In this document: piece after piece, positions 45,568-54,021 of the stretch
Layout: every line of letters starts with the position of its first letter
Numbering within the stretch: position 1 is the first letter of the stretch
NCBI GenBank assembly: GCA_016206155.1
Contig: JACQSC010000010.1
Coordinates: 8,073-72,072, forward strand
Reading direction: 5' to 3'
Source of the DNA: Candidatus Uhrbacteria bacterium
GTDB lineage: Bacteria > Patescibacteriota > Patescibacteriia > JACQRZ01
Length of the DNA stretch: 64,000 bases
The notes under the pieces: generated by a model
What the model was told of the DNA's origin: nothing
Seen by the model: only the letters and a program-made list of their open reading frames with translations
The model's database searches: none
Position numbers and translations under genes: made by a program

Positions 45568-47349
45568 CTATTGGGATGCGGGAAAGTAGAAAACTGTCCC
45601 GAACGGCGTGTCCTGCCGATATGCCGCTATCGCGGAGGTTATTGTATCAATAATTTTCTTCTTGGAATCACCCTTCAGTAGGCGAGGCTTGGCACGCACG
45701 GATTCGTGCCCAAGCACCATGAGCGATAATCCCTTGTCGGTAAATTCGCCGGCGGCAATCAGGCCTTGCTGAGTTTCCTTTGAAAATGTTTGATCAAAGA
45801 CAAAATTACCAAGAGAGTAGACAATGGGCTTTTCTTTATACACGCCAATATCTTGAACAACATGCGGGTGTGCGCCAATAACGGCGTCAGCGCCAGCGTC
45901 AATCCACTGCTTTGCGAGCTGTTCTTGCTCTGGTGAGTGTTTCGGTTGATATTCGACACCCCAATGGGGAAACACAATGACTCGACTCGTGTCATCTTTC
46001 TTTAATTCCCGAATGGCGTCAATGACCGGCTGTTGTTTGGGATGCGACAGCACATTCACGCCGATAACAGTAAGCCGTAATCCCTGTCCTTGAAATGTGC
46101 AGACAGTCTGCTGGCTCACTTCTCGCGGATCGCCGATCGGACAGATGCTCTGTTTGCGCAGAAGTGTGCGGGTTGTCTCAAGGCCGTTTGCACCCTGATT
46201 TAAGGTATGATTGTTTGCCAAACTTACTGCTCGAAGCTTGAGAAAGCGGAGCGCGGACATACTTTGAGGAGGGAAATTAAATGACAAATTGTTTGGTTTT
46301 GGATTTGATCGCAGGATAGCAGCACTGATGGGCCCCTCCAGATTTGCTACCGGCGCATCAACGCCCCAGAAAACACGATTGCCAAAATCAGAAAAAAGTT
46401 TACGAAAAGAATCCTTCTCATACCAATAGCCGACAGCACGCCCAAGCATGATATCACCGGCAAACGCAAACGAAACCGACGGCTCCGGCACGACCGGCTC
46501 GCCCTCTTCGTACCAACCGAATACATGAGACGTACTCTCGGCGTCAGGATTACCAATAATAACACCGCTGTTAGTGTGATCAAATACGACAAAACGTTTC
46601 GTGTCGTGCCTATTCGCCCACGTTGCAAGAAATGACAGAACCGCGGGCGCGTCAACCTCCGCTTTTTGCATCAGCAATGAGCTGTCGCGATTCACAAGCG
46701 CGCGCAATGTCAACCGATCGTGAAGATCGGCAAGCGCAGCGGGTTGATAATGGGAAAAATCAACCGAGGCGACAACAAAACACGCGGGGCAGCGCCCATT
46801 GAGCGCATCAGCAAGCGCCGTAACTTCTTCTTGCGATGTTTCCATCTTGACGATGATTGGAACAATGCGCGCGTCCGGAAATGTTTGCTTTATATCACGA
46901 ACAATAAGGTAAATGCTGTGCTCGCCGTTGAAACTTCCTGGTTCATCGCGAACCGTTTTGTTGCTTGCAAGTGCGTCAATGACGCCGCCATCGGCCTCAA
47001 GCATGCCAACACTGGTGTTCCACGAGCGACGTGTTGTCTGAATGTTGGCAATCCCACGCTCAAAATGATTGGGGCCGATAAGGATGATTGTCTCCGGCTT
47101 CTCTACCTCGGCAAACCGCTCCCCAACAACCCGAAACATCTCCGTGCGCCGCTGTCCAACTATTTCATGATGCGGTACAACCAGAGCAGAAATACGCGAC
47201 GCAAAAGATGGCTGCACCGCCGTAGCGCGACTGGATTCGACTTGCGCTGGTGACGGCGGGACCCCAACATCAACGACTAACCCACCAGCAACACCCGCCG
47301 GTATCACGGTGCAGAGAAACACCATCTTCAGGACGGAGTGTATACGCAT
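45568..47349 (-). CDS. AmmeMemoRadiSam protein B (Memo-like) domain fused to CapA/PGA_cap metallophosphoesterase domain
   Basis: VVPHH, IGPNHF, EHS, ASVDFSHY (Memo-like); AGDIMLGR, ANLEGP, SLANNHT, HWGVEY, GAHPHV, YSLGNFVFDQ (CapA). Confidence 0.87.
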   Translation of the reverse strand: MRIHSVLKMVFLCTVIPAGVAGGLVVDVGVPPSPAQVESSRATAVQPSFASRISALVVPHHEIVGQRRTEMFRVVGERFAEVEKPETIILIGPNHFERGIANIQTTRRSWNTSVGMLEADGGVIDALASNKTVRDEPGSFNGEHSIYLIVRDIKQTFPDARIVPIIVKMETSQEEVTALADALNGRCPACFVVASVDFSHYQPAALADLHDRLTLRALVNRDSSLLMQKAEVDAPAVLSFLATWANRHDTKRFVVFDHTNSGVIIGNPDAESTSHVFGWYEEGEPVVPEPSVSFAFAGDIMLGRAVGYWYEKDSFRKLFSDFGNRVFWGVDAPVANLEGPISAAILRSNPKPNNLSFNFPPQSMSALRFLKLRAVSLANNHTLNQGANGLETTRTLLRKQSICPIGDPREVSQQTVCTFQGQGLRLTVIGVNVLSHPKQQPVIDAIRELKKDDTSRVIVFPHWGVEYQPKHSPEQEQLAKQWIDAGADAVIGAHPHVVQDIGVYKEKPIVYSLGNFVFDQTFSKETQQGLIAAGEFTDKGLSLMVLGHESVRAKPRLLKGDSKKKIIDTITSAIAAYRQDTPFGTVFYFPASQ

Positions 47350-47369
47350 AGAGAAGGACGTATCCTGTT

Positions 47370-49238
47370 TTACGGATTGCGGATAATGCCCATGAACAGC
47401 GGTTCGCCTGTCTGATTATCGCGAATCGCAAAGAAGAATGGCCTGTTTACCTCCATATAAAATGTCTTTTTCACCGGTCCGACTGATGTGATTCCCACGC
47501 CGCCGACACCCGTTACCGCGGCGGCTTCGGTTCCTTCTTCATTGACGTCAACGTATGTTTTATGCTTGACTTCACTTATTTTAAGACTCCTGCCAATGCC
47601 GGTGAAATCGGCGCTATTTTCAAATGCAATGCCCATACCAAGTTTTGTCAGCAACGGTATCAATCTCTTCTCATATTCCATTTTGAACTTTGGAAGCAAG
47701 AGCGTACCCTCTGTTTCTTTGTATTGTTTCATCCAGCCGGTCCAGGTATCGGCATTCAGCGACTGCACAAAGGCATCGAGATTTTTTGGCAAAAACACAA
47801 CCATGCTCAATCGTTTGTTTTTTCCATACGGCAGTTGCACGCTTTGAAAATCCTCGGTTTCAAAATACGGCATGTCGTCTCGACGCATCATAAGCGGGTG
47901 TTTTTTTGAGGCGCCGCTGGCGGACGTAAATGCCCTCTCTTCTGTTAATTGCTTGTTAAATTCAGTAGTCCAGCTCCCCTTAAAATACACCGCGTTGATA
48001 AGATACATTACCATGTCATCCGGGATCGGTGGAGATACTATGCTCGATATTTTCCCTTTTGTATTTTTGTTCACCCACGCATTGATTGTGTTCGCCGCAT
48101 TCGAGTTTGAAAAATCAAGCGTTGAAATCTCGGCGTTAAAATAGTGTTTGACAACGTCAAGAAATTCCCTCCGAAACTCAATACCCTTCTTCGCCCAAAC
48201 GGAATTGGCAACTGATAATTCAACTTTTTGATCGGGATTTTTAAGAGCGTCAATGAGTTCGCGGCTCTTGCTGTTAATGGTATTGATATCAAAGCCTCGA
48301 AATGATAATGCGTTTTGCATCGCGTTATATGTTCCTCCCTTCGCGCCGTTATACACCATTGACAAAGCCAGCGCGATGCTTGATGGCGAAATAAATATGT
48401 TGTCTTGCTCCTCTTTGGCAAGAAATTTCAACGTCTCTATGCCAAATGCTGTGTGAGCATCTGTAATGTTTGCAACGATGGGCGCTTGAGTGATCGGCGT
48501 CGTTTGACTGTCAGCGCCAATGGAGGCAAGGTCTGCGTTTGATATCCCGAGACCAAGCGCGCGCATCACGGAAAAAGCATCTGCTGGACGGCCGAGGAAA
48601 TAACGTTTTTCGCTTTTTGGATCAACATACCACGCCCCTCCCTTCTGCTCGACCTGAATAAGGATCCTGCCGGCCATCTTTTTTGTAAACGCTTGATCAA
48701 TAGGCATCTTGCCCTGACCAAAGGGATCATAACTGTTCAAAATCTCGGTAATATCGTCATACCCGTCCCTGTCACTGTCTTCTGTCAGCTTCATCCCGAC
48801 AAGCTTCTCGAGTACCTGTTCATAGCATGTTGCGTAGGAATCTGGCGAGCCACTGTCGAGAAGCGCGTTTGTACAGGGTTCCAGCTGTTTCATGATCGAA
48901 TTGTAAACCTGCTCGCTGGTTGCATCCGTCGTCATAAGGGTGACAAGTTCGGGCGTAAGGATACCGATTGGAATTTTGCGAATATCCGCGTTTGTAATAC
49001 CAACACCCCGTTCGCGCATCACCAGAAATGCGTCTGCGGGCCGGCCGAGATTTGCGCGAGTGCCGGTATCCGGACGCACATACCACGCCTCTCCTTTGCT
49101 TTCAACTTGAAGAAGAATTCTTCCTTTGAGTTTTTCGGACAAGCTCAAAGCGCCATTGGCGATGGACACAACACCTCCAAGCGCAAGAATCATGCCAAGG
49201 CTTATCCCAGCGATCGCAAAAGTCGGCATCTTTTTCAT
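47370..49238 (-). CDS. Secreted serpin fused to tandem GRILLQVE..GEAWY surface domains
   Basis: NIFISPSSI, INAWV..NTKGKI, LINAVYFKGSW, LPY, LPKF, VKHKT.VDVNEEGTEAAA, VNRPFFFAI..LFMG.I.NP. Confidence 0.92.
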   Translation of the reverse strand: MKKMPTFAIAGISLGMILALGGVVSIANGALSLSEKLKGRILLQVESKGEAWYVRPDTGTRANLGRPADAFLVMRERGVGITNADIRKIPIGILTPELVTLMTTDATSEQVYNSIMKQLEPCTNALLDSGSPDSYATCYEQVLEKLVGMKLTEDSDRDGYDDITEILNSYDPFGQGKMPIDQAFTKKMAGRILIQVEQKGGAWYVDPKSEKRYFLGRPADAFSVMRALGLGISNADLASIGADSQTTPITQAPIVANITDAHTAFGIETLKFLAKEEQDNIFISPSSIALALSMVYNGAKGGTYNAMQNALSFRGFDINTINSKSRELIDALKNPDQKVELSVANSVWAKKGIEFRREFLDVVKHYFNAEISTLDFSNSNAANTINAWVNKNTKGKISSIVSPPIPDDMVMYLINAVYFKGSWTTEFNKQLTEERAFTSASGASKKHPLMMRRDDMPYFETEDFQSVQLPYGKNKRLSMVVFLPKNLDAFVQSLNADTWTGWMKQYKETEGTLLLPKFKMEYEKRLIPLLTKLGMGIAFENSADFTGIGRSLKISEVKHKTYVDVNEEGTEAAAVTGVGGVGITSVGPVKKTFYMEVNRPFFFAIRDNQTGEPLFMGIIRNP

Positions 49239-49297
49239 ATGATTTCTGTAAATTTGAAACTATATACCCATAGAGGCCTCTATAGTATACCACACCG

Positions 49298-51406
49298 CTA
49301 CTCGATATGCACGGTATCCTGGAATGTGGCGATTCGGTTTTTAAGTTCCGGGTGATCATTGAGCTTGGAATGATATGCCGCTGCATATTCTCGCGCTTTT
49401 ATAATCAACTCGATATCGGTAAGCGTCGCGATTTTCAAGCGCGGCATTCCTGATTGGCGCAGTCCCAAGATATCACCTTCTCCGCGCAATGCTAAATCTT
49501 TCTCTGCCAGCGCAAAGCCGTCATGTGACGATACAACGGCTTTGAGACGGCTGATTTCTTCTTTGTCCTCGTCGGTTGGTGCAAGAAAGCAGTACGACTG
49601 ATGGTCTGCCCGCCCGACTCGCCCGCGCAATTGATGCAAGCTCGCAAGCCCGAACCGCTCCGCGCCCTCGATGAAGACGATCGTCGCATTTGGCACATCG
49701 ATGCCAACCTCGACAACTGACGTTGTAACTAATATATCAATCTCATGGTCTCGAAATGCGGCCATCACCCGTTCTTTCTCCGCGGTTTTTATTCGGCCAT
49801 GGAGCATTTCGACTCTTTCGTGTCGAAACGGTCCATCGATTAATTTTTTATACTCTTCCTTTACCGACCGCACACCCAATATATCAGATTGATCAATGAT
49901 CGGACAGACAATAAATGCCTGGCGCCCTCGCCTCACGTGTTTTCGGATAAAATCGTATGTCCACGCGCGATAGGACTGCGGCACAATTTTTGTGATAATT
50001 TTTTTTCGCCCCTTTGGCAATGCGCGAATCGTGGAAATATCAAGGTCACCATACACCGTGAGCGCCAAGCTCCTCGGAATTGGCGTTGCCGTCATTGACA
50101 GGACGTGCGCAGTGATTGGCGCACTGTTTTTTTCTCTCAAGGCTTTCCGTTGATTGACGCCAAAGCGATGCTGCTCGTCTACAATCACAAACGCGAGGTT
50201 CTTGAATGAAATTTTTTCTTGAATCAACGCATGTGTCCCGATAACGATATCAACACCTCCATTTGCTATCGTATCTCGTAACTCGTAATCCTTGATTCTT
50301 AATTCTTGATTCTTAATTCTTAATTCGTGATGCTGTGCTGTGAAAAGCGCAATGCGAACATCAAAATCCGCAAACACCTTTTTTAATGTAGTGAAATGCT
50401 GCCGTGCAAGCACCTCCGTCGGCGCCATGAACGCGCACTGGTATCCTGCGTGCACAACGTTAAGCATTGCGAGGATAGCAACGATTGTCTTACCGGATCC
50501 GACATCACCCTGAAGAAGGCGATTCATTGGCGTCGCTTTCTGGATATCACAGAGAATCTCCCATGCAACGGTCTTCTGCTCTTTTGTCAACGTAAACGGA
50601 AGCGCCGCAATGAGCCGCTTCGTTATTTTTTGATCAAACGGTATGGCACATGAAGTCTGGGCGGCTAGCGATTCCTTGAGATTCTTGCAATAAAGTTGAA
50701 GTAAAAAAAGCTCCTCAAACTTAAAGCGCTGTTCGGCGATACAATATTCCTCCTGTTTTTCCGGAAAATGAATTGATAAAAGAGCGGTCGAAAGATCGGG
50801 ATATCGCTCGTGCGCGCGGATATCATCTGGAAGCCACTCTTTGACAAAGGGAAGACATCGATCAAGCGCCGTACGCATGAGGAGGCGAAATTGCTTTTGC
50901 GCAACGTTTGCGGGAAACGAATAGACGGGCACGAGCCGCGCCGTGTGAAGCGATGGAAATACGGTGTCAGGTATCCTGACCCCGTTTTCTGCGCCTGACC
51001 CCGTTTTCTCATATACGGGACTCACCATCTGGAGATCATAATAATGATCGCTCGTTTTTCCCGAAAGACTCAACCAGTCCCCGACTTGCAGGTTTTTTGT
51101 AAGAAAAGGTTGATTGAACCATACGATCTTGATGCTCCCGCTTGCGTCCGAAACCAATGCTTCGGTGACGATCATCCGCGAACGTCGAGAGCGGCGATTG
51201 GCGATCATATCGATCCGCCCCCGAATTGTTGCTGTTATCTGGGTGCGCAGGTCTGCGATTGGAAGCACGAGGGAAAAATCGTCAAATCGTCGCGGAAAAT
51301 AAAAAATGAGATCCTCGCAGGTCTCAATACCAAGTGGCTTTAGTTTTTTTTCCAATGCCTTTCCTGTTCGGCCTAAGCTCGCGAGAGGTTGCGCAAGAGG
51401 ATTCAT
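49298..51406 (-). CDS. recG: ATP-dependent DNA helicase RecG
   Basis: WFNQPFL, MNRLLQGDVGSGKT, MAPTEVLA.QH, VDEQHRFGV, MTATPIPRSL, VEVGIDVPNAT, AERFGLA.LHQLRGRVGR. Confidence 0.97.
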   Translation of the reverse strand: MNPLAQPLASLGRTGKALEKKLKPLGIETCEDLIFYFPRRFDDFSLVLPIADLRTQITATIRGRIDMIANRRSRRSRMIVTEALVSDASGSIKIVWFNQPFLTKNLQVGDWLSLSGKTSDHYYDLQMVSPVYEKTGSGAENGVRIPDTVFPSLHTARLVPVYSFPANVAQKQFRLLMRTALDRCLPFVKEWLPDDIRAHERYPDLSTALLSIHFPEKQEEYCIAEQRFKFEELFLLQLYCKNLKESLAAQTSCAIPFDQKITKRLIAALPFTLTKEQKTVAWEILCDIQKATPMNRLLQGDVGSGKTIVAILAMLNVVHAGYQCAFMAPTEVLARQHFTTLKKVFADFDVRIALFTAQHHELRIKNQELRIKDYELRDTIANGGVDIVIGTHALIQEKISFKNLAFVIVDEQHRFGVNQRKALREKNSAPITAHVLSMTATPIPRSLALTVYGDLDISTIRALPKGRKKIITKIVPQSYRAWTYDFIRKHVRRGRQAFIVCPIIDQSDILGVRSVKEEYKKLIDGPFRHERVEMLHGRIKTAEKERVMAAFRDHEIDILVTTSVVEVGIDVPNATIVFIEGAERFGLASLHQLRGRVGRADHQSYCFLAPTDEDKEEISRLKAVVSSHDGFALAEKDLALRGEGDILGLRQSGMPRLKIATLTDIELIIKAREYAAAYHSKLNDHPELKNRIATFQDTVHIE
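50269..50331. repeat. In-frame 9 x 7-bp array inside recG
   Basis: tcgtatc tcgtaac tcgtaat ccttgat tcttaat tcttgat tcttaat tcttaat tcgtgat = 63 bp, translated as HELRIKNQELRIKDYELRDT. Confidence 0.9.
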
Positions 51407-51425
51407 AAGTTGATTCACCATTCAT

Positions 51426-51497
51426 TGCACTCGCGAGGAATCGAACCTCGATTACGGGATCCGCAATCCCGTGTCCTATCCGTTGAACGACGAGTGC
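51426..51497 (-). tRNA. tRNA-Arg(GCG)
   Basis: GCACTCG-TC-GTTCAACGGATAGGAC-A-CGGGA-TTGCGGA-TCCCG-TAAT-CGAGG-TTCGATT-CCTCG-CGAGTGC-A. Confidence 0.94.
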
Positions 51498-51507
51498 GCA
51501 AAGAAAG

Positions 51508-51593
51508 GTGGTGGGACAAGCCTCGATTGCTTGATCCCGTGTCTCGGATTCATTCCGTTGCATGTCCGCCTCTGGCTGAAACGACGGATTCAC
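51508..51593. repeat. Structured, block-wise degenerate copy of tRNA-Arg
   Basis: Four colinear blocks identical to the tRNA: CCTCGATT, ATCCCGTGTC, TCCGTTG, AACGACG. Confidence 0.6.
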
Positions 51594-51603
51594 GAATACG
51601 CAA

Positions 51604-52086
51604 CTAGAGGCGGAGTGTACGCATCAGCCAGTCCCACATCGGTTCATACTGATGGTCGGCATCTTCGTCCAAAAATTCCATCAGGAATAGTTTAATAGAT
51701 TCGGGCTCAATGTCAATTAGGGGCAGGGGAAGAATATTCCGAAGCCCGCGGGCTTCATGCACATAGAGTACGCGCGCGCCGTCCCCACGCTCAATAATCG
51801 AGAATGATGCAAGGTCGTTAAATGAATACTGCTTGTTGCCCACGCGAATGCCTGTTGGGGCTATCTCACAGGTAACATCCGCCGGACTCTGGAATTGCCG
51901 CGCAAAAATAATCAATACCACCAGCACGACGATGACGGTAAAGAGAAAATTGTTCGTCGCGAAACTATACAGCACCGCCAACGCAACAACGACGCCGGCA
52001 ATGACATACCACCACACGCCGCGCGCATGCTGGTCGAATTCTTTGAATGTCCATGTGAACCCTGTTTGCTCTGGCATAAACGTCAT
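51604..52086 (-). CDS. Conserved-type CPR 2-TM membrane protein
   Basis: W..KEF..H.R...WY, NNFLF, GI.VG...Y.F..L..F pattern. Confidence 0.72.
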   Translation of the reverse strand: MTFMPEQTGFTWTFKEFDQHARGVWWYVIAGVVVALAVLYSFATNNFLFTVIVVLVVLIIFARQFQSPADVTCEIAPTGIRVGNKQYSFNDLASFSIIERGDGARVLYVHEARGLRNILPLPLIDIEPESIKLFLMEFLDEDADHQYEPMWDWLMRTLRL

Positions 52087-52125
52087 ACTACGGAGTATAG
52101 CAAATTATGCAATTGGTGTAAATAA

Positions 52126-52154
52126 TTGACGGGTGACCTTTATTCCGATAGACT
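52126..52154 (+). promoter_or_regulatory. Sigma70 promoter of tRNA-Ser
   Basis: TTGACG-17-TAGACT, 20 bp before the tRNA. Confidence 0.65.
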
Positions 52155-52174
52155 ATTTTCATCATACATTAACT

Positions 52175-52261
52175 GGAGAGGTGCCGGAGCGGCCTAACGG
52201 AATGCACTGCTAATGCATTGACCTCGCAAGGGGTCCGAGGGTTCGAATCCCTCCCTCTCCG
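52175..52261 (+). tRNA. tRNA-Ser(GCT)
   Basis: GGAGAGG..ATGCA-CTGCTAA-TGCAT-long variable arm-GAGGG-TTCGAAT-CCCTC-CCTCTCC-G. Confidence 0.95.
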
Positions 52262-52277
52262 AATTTGAATATTTTCT

Positions 52278-52661
52278 ATGAAAAGCAAAAAACTGCTTCC
52301 CTTGACACTCGTTGGCATTGCTGTCATCGCCGTTATTGGTATGATCGCTGCTGCGTCCAACAAACCGGCGCCCCTTGACGAATTTGCCTCATGTCTCAAA
52401 GACAAGGGGGCGACATTCTACGGGGCCTTTTGGTGTCCGCACTGTCAGACTCAAAAAAAACTTTTTGGCAAATCGGCGAACAAACTACCCTATGTTGAAT
52501 GCTCGCTGTCAAACGGCAAAGGACAGACCAAAAACTGCACTGACAAAAAAATTGAAGGGTACCCAACATGGGAATTTGGCGATGGATCGCGTGAATCCGG
52601 CGAACTCTCGCTTGGGCGCCTTGCAGAGAAAACCAATTGCGCACTTCCAAGCGCTCAGTAA
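52278..52661 (+). CDS. Membrane-anchored thioredoxin-like protein (VKOR partner type)
   Basis: FYGAFWCPHC..QK.LFG, YVEC, C....I.GYPTW. Confidence 0.88.
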   Translation: MKSKKLLPLTLVGIAVIAVIGMIAAASNKPAPLDEFASCLKDKGATFYGAFWCPHCQTQKKLFGKSANKLPYVECSLSNGKGQTKNCTDKKIEGYPTWEFGDGSRESGELSLGRLAEKTNCALPSAQ

Positions 52662-52664
52662 ATC

Positions 52665-53348
52665 TTACCCGTGCGCAAAGGTCAGCGCGCGTACGTCGCG
52701 CGCTCCTGCATTGCGCAGCGTTCGTGCCGCTTCATTCAACGTTGAACCACTGGTAAAAACATCATCGAAAAGAAGGACGCTGACATCAAGAACGTCCTCA
52801 CTTTTTTTGCAGGCAAACGCCCCCTCAACATTGCGAAGGCGTTCGTCACGCGCAAGCTCCGCCTGCGCATGAGTTGCGCGCGTGCGGATGAGGATATCGT
52901 CACGATACTGCAAGCATGCGCCTCGCGCGAACTCTCTCGCAAACAGCGCCGCTTGATTGAATCCTCGTTCACGCATGCGACTTGCGTGAAGCGGAATTGG
53001 CACAACGACAGAGTTCCACTCACCGCCGTACACATGCCATGCATCGCGAAGAAGCGCCGCCAAAATCGGAATACAAAGAGATACGGAGCCGAACTTGATT
53101 GTATGAACGATGCGGCGAACATGCTCGTCCCAGGCAACCGCCGCAATCACCTGCGAAAGCGCATAGCGCTCTCGACACCACAAACACAAAAATCCTCGAA
53201 CTGAGGATTTTTTACAAAACGGACAGCGGTCGTTTGTGTGTTGCTTCAACGACCCCAAACACTCAGCGCACACCCACGATCCTTCATTTCCGCAACCGAC
53301 GCACGTCGGCGGAAAGAGGAAATCTAGCATCGTTTCAATAATGTTCAT
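52665..53348 (-). CDS. comF: ComF family competence protein (double zinc ribbon + PRTase)
   Basis: LFPPTCVGC, VPIPLH..R..ERGFNQA, TxAQ, R..NV.GAF, LFDDVFTSGSTL. Confidence 0.92.
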   Translation of the reverse strand: MNIIETMLDFLFPPTCVGCGNEGSWVCAECLGSLKQHTNDRCPFCKKSSVRGFLCLWCRERYALSQVIAAVAWDEHVRRIVHTIKFGSVSLCIPILAALLRDAWHVYGGEWNSVVVPIPLHASRMRERGFNQAALFAREFARGACLQYRDDILIRTRATHAQAELARDERLRNVEGAFACKKSEDVLDVSVLLFDDVFTSGSTLNEAARTLRNAGARDVRALTFAHG

Positions 53349-53360
53349 CCCGCACCAAGC

Positions 53361-53975
53361 TCACTGCCAGTAGGCGCTGTCCACCACCCACGCCCCATCA
53401 TCTTTCACAAGCTTTACAACCACGTCTTGATTGTATATGCGCGCGTTGACCGTGCTGCCAATAAGCTCCTTGCGCTGCGTTGCGACAAGAATCTCAGCGC
53501 GTCCCTGCTCGGGCTTATAATCCTTCATGGTGTACGAGAGCGCCTTGGTCGTCACACCGCGATACAACTCCTGAAAGGGTTTGTTTACTTGTTCAGCTAT
53601 TTGCTTTTGCGCCCAGTTTCTCATGGACGAGCCCATAAACGGCAACAAGTCTGAGAGATTTTCAAAATTTCCTTGGTTTGAGTAGCTCCCAAATCGCTCG
53701 ACAAACGGCAGCGCCAGAGAGACGATCTCCTCGCCCGGTTCTGCCGGAGGTGGCGATGAGAGGGGCGCTTGCACAGCACCCTTTCCGACGGATGAAGATG
53801 GCGATGCCTGCCCGGAGCTATTCGATCCTTGATTTCCCTGTTCCTCAACCTGCGTGACAAGTGGTTGCTCTTTTTTTGCGCGGACATATCGCACAACAGC
53901 AATTGCCGAGAATAGAATCATGAGTCCCACCACGGAGAGAATCGCGATCAGAACAATTTTTACGCGTAATGTCAT
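53361..53975 (-). CDS. Single-TM protein of the T4SS-like cluster (possibly VirB8/NTF2-like)
   Basis: TM, Ser/Pro linker, FVERFGSYSNQ, GVTTKA, V.TQR.E, W.VDSA.W; directly after virB4. Confidence 0.7.
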   Translation of the reverse strand: MTLRVKIVLIAILSVVGLMILFSAIAVVRYVRAKKEQPLVTQVEEQGNQGSNSSGQASPSSSVGKGAVQAPLSSPPPAEPGEEIVSLALPFVERFGSYSNQGNFENLSDLLPFMGSSMRNWAQKQIAEQVNKPFQELYRGVTTKALSYTMKDYKPEQGRAEILVATQRKELIGSTVNARIYNQDVVVKLVKDDGAWVVDSAYWQ

Positions 53976-53977
53976 GG

Positions 53978-54012
53978 ATTAGGGCTTAGGGTTTAGGGTT
54001 TAGGGTTTAGGA
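53978..54012. repeat. Telomere-like 7-bp array (TTTAGGG)n
   Basis: attaggg cttaggg tttaggg tttaggg tttagga between the virB4 stop and the next start. Confidence 0.9.
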
Positions 54013-54021
54013 ATATCCTAG

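Noticed and set aside
51508-51600. SRP RNA or 6S RNA
   Set aside because: No SRP domain IV consensus; too short and not rod-like for 6S.
53978-54012. Eukaryotic telomere contamination
   Set aside because: The array is short, imperfect, embedded between co-oriented bacterial genes and one of many period-7 arrays.
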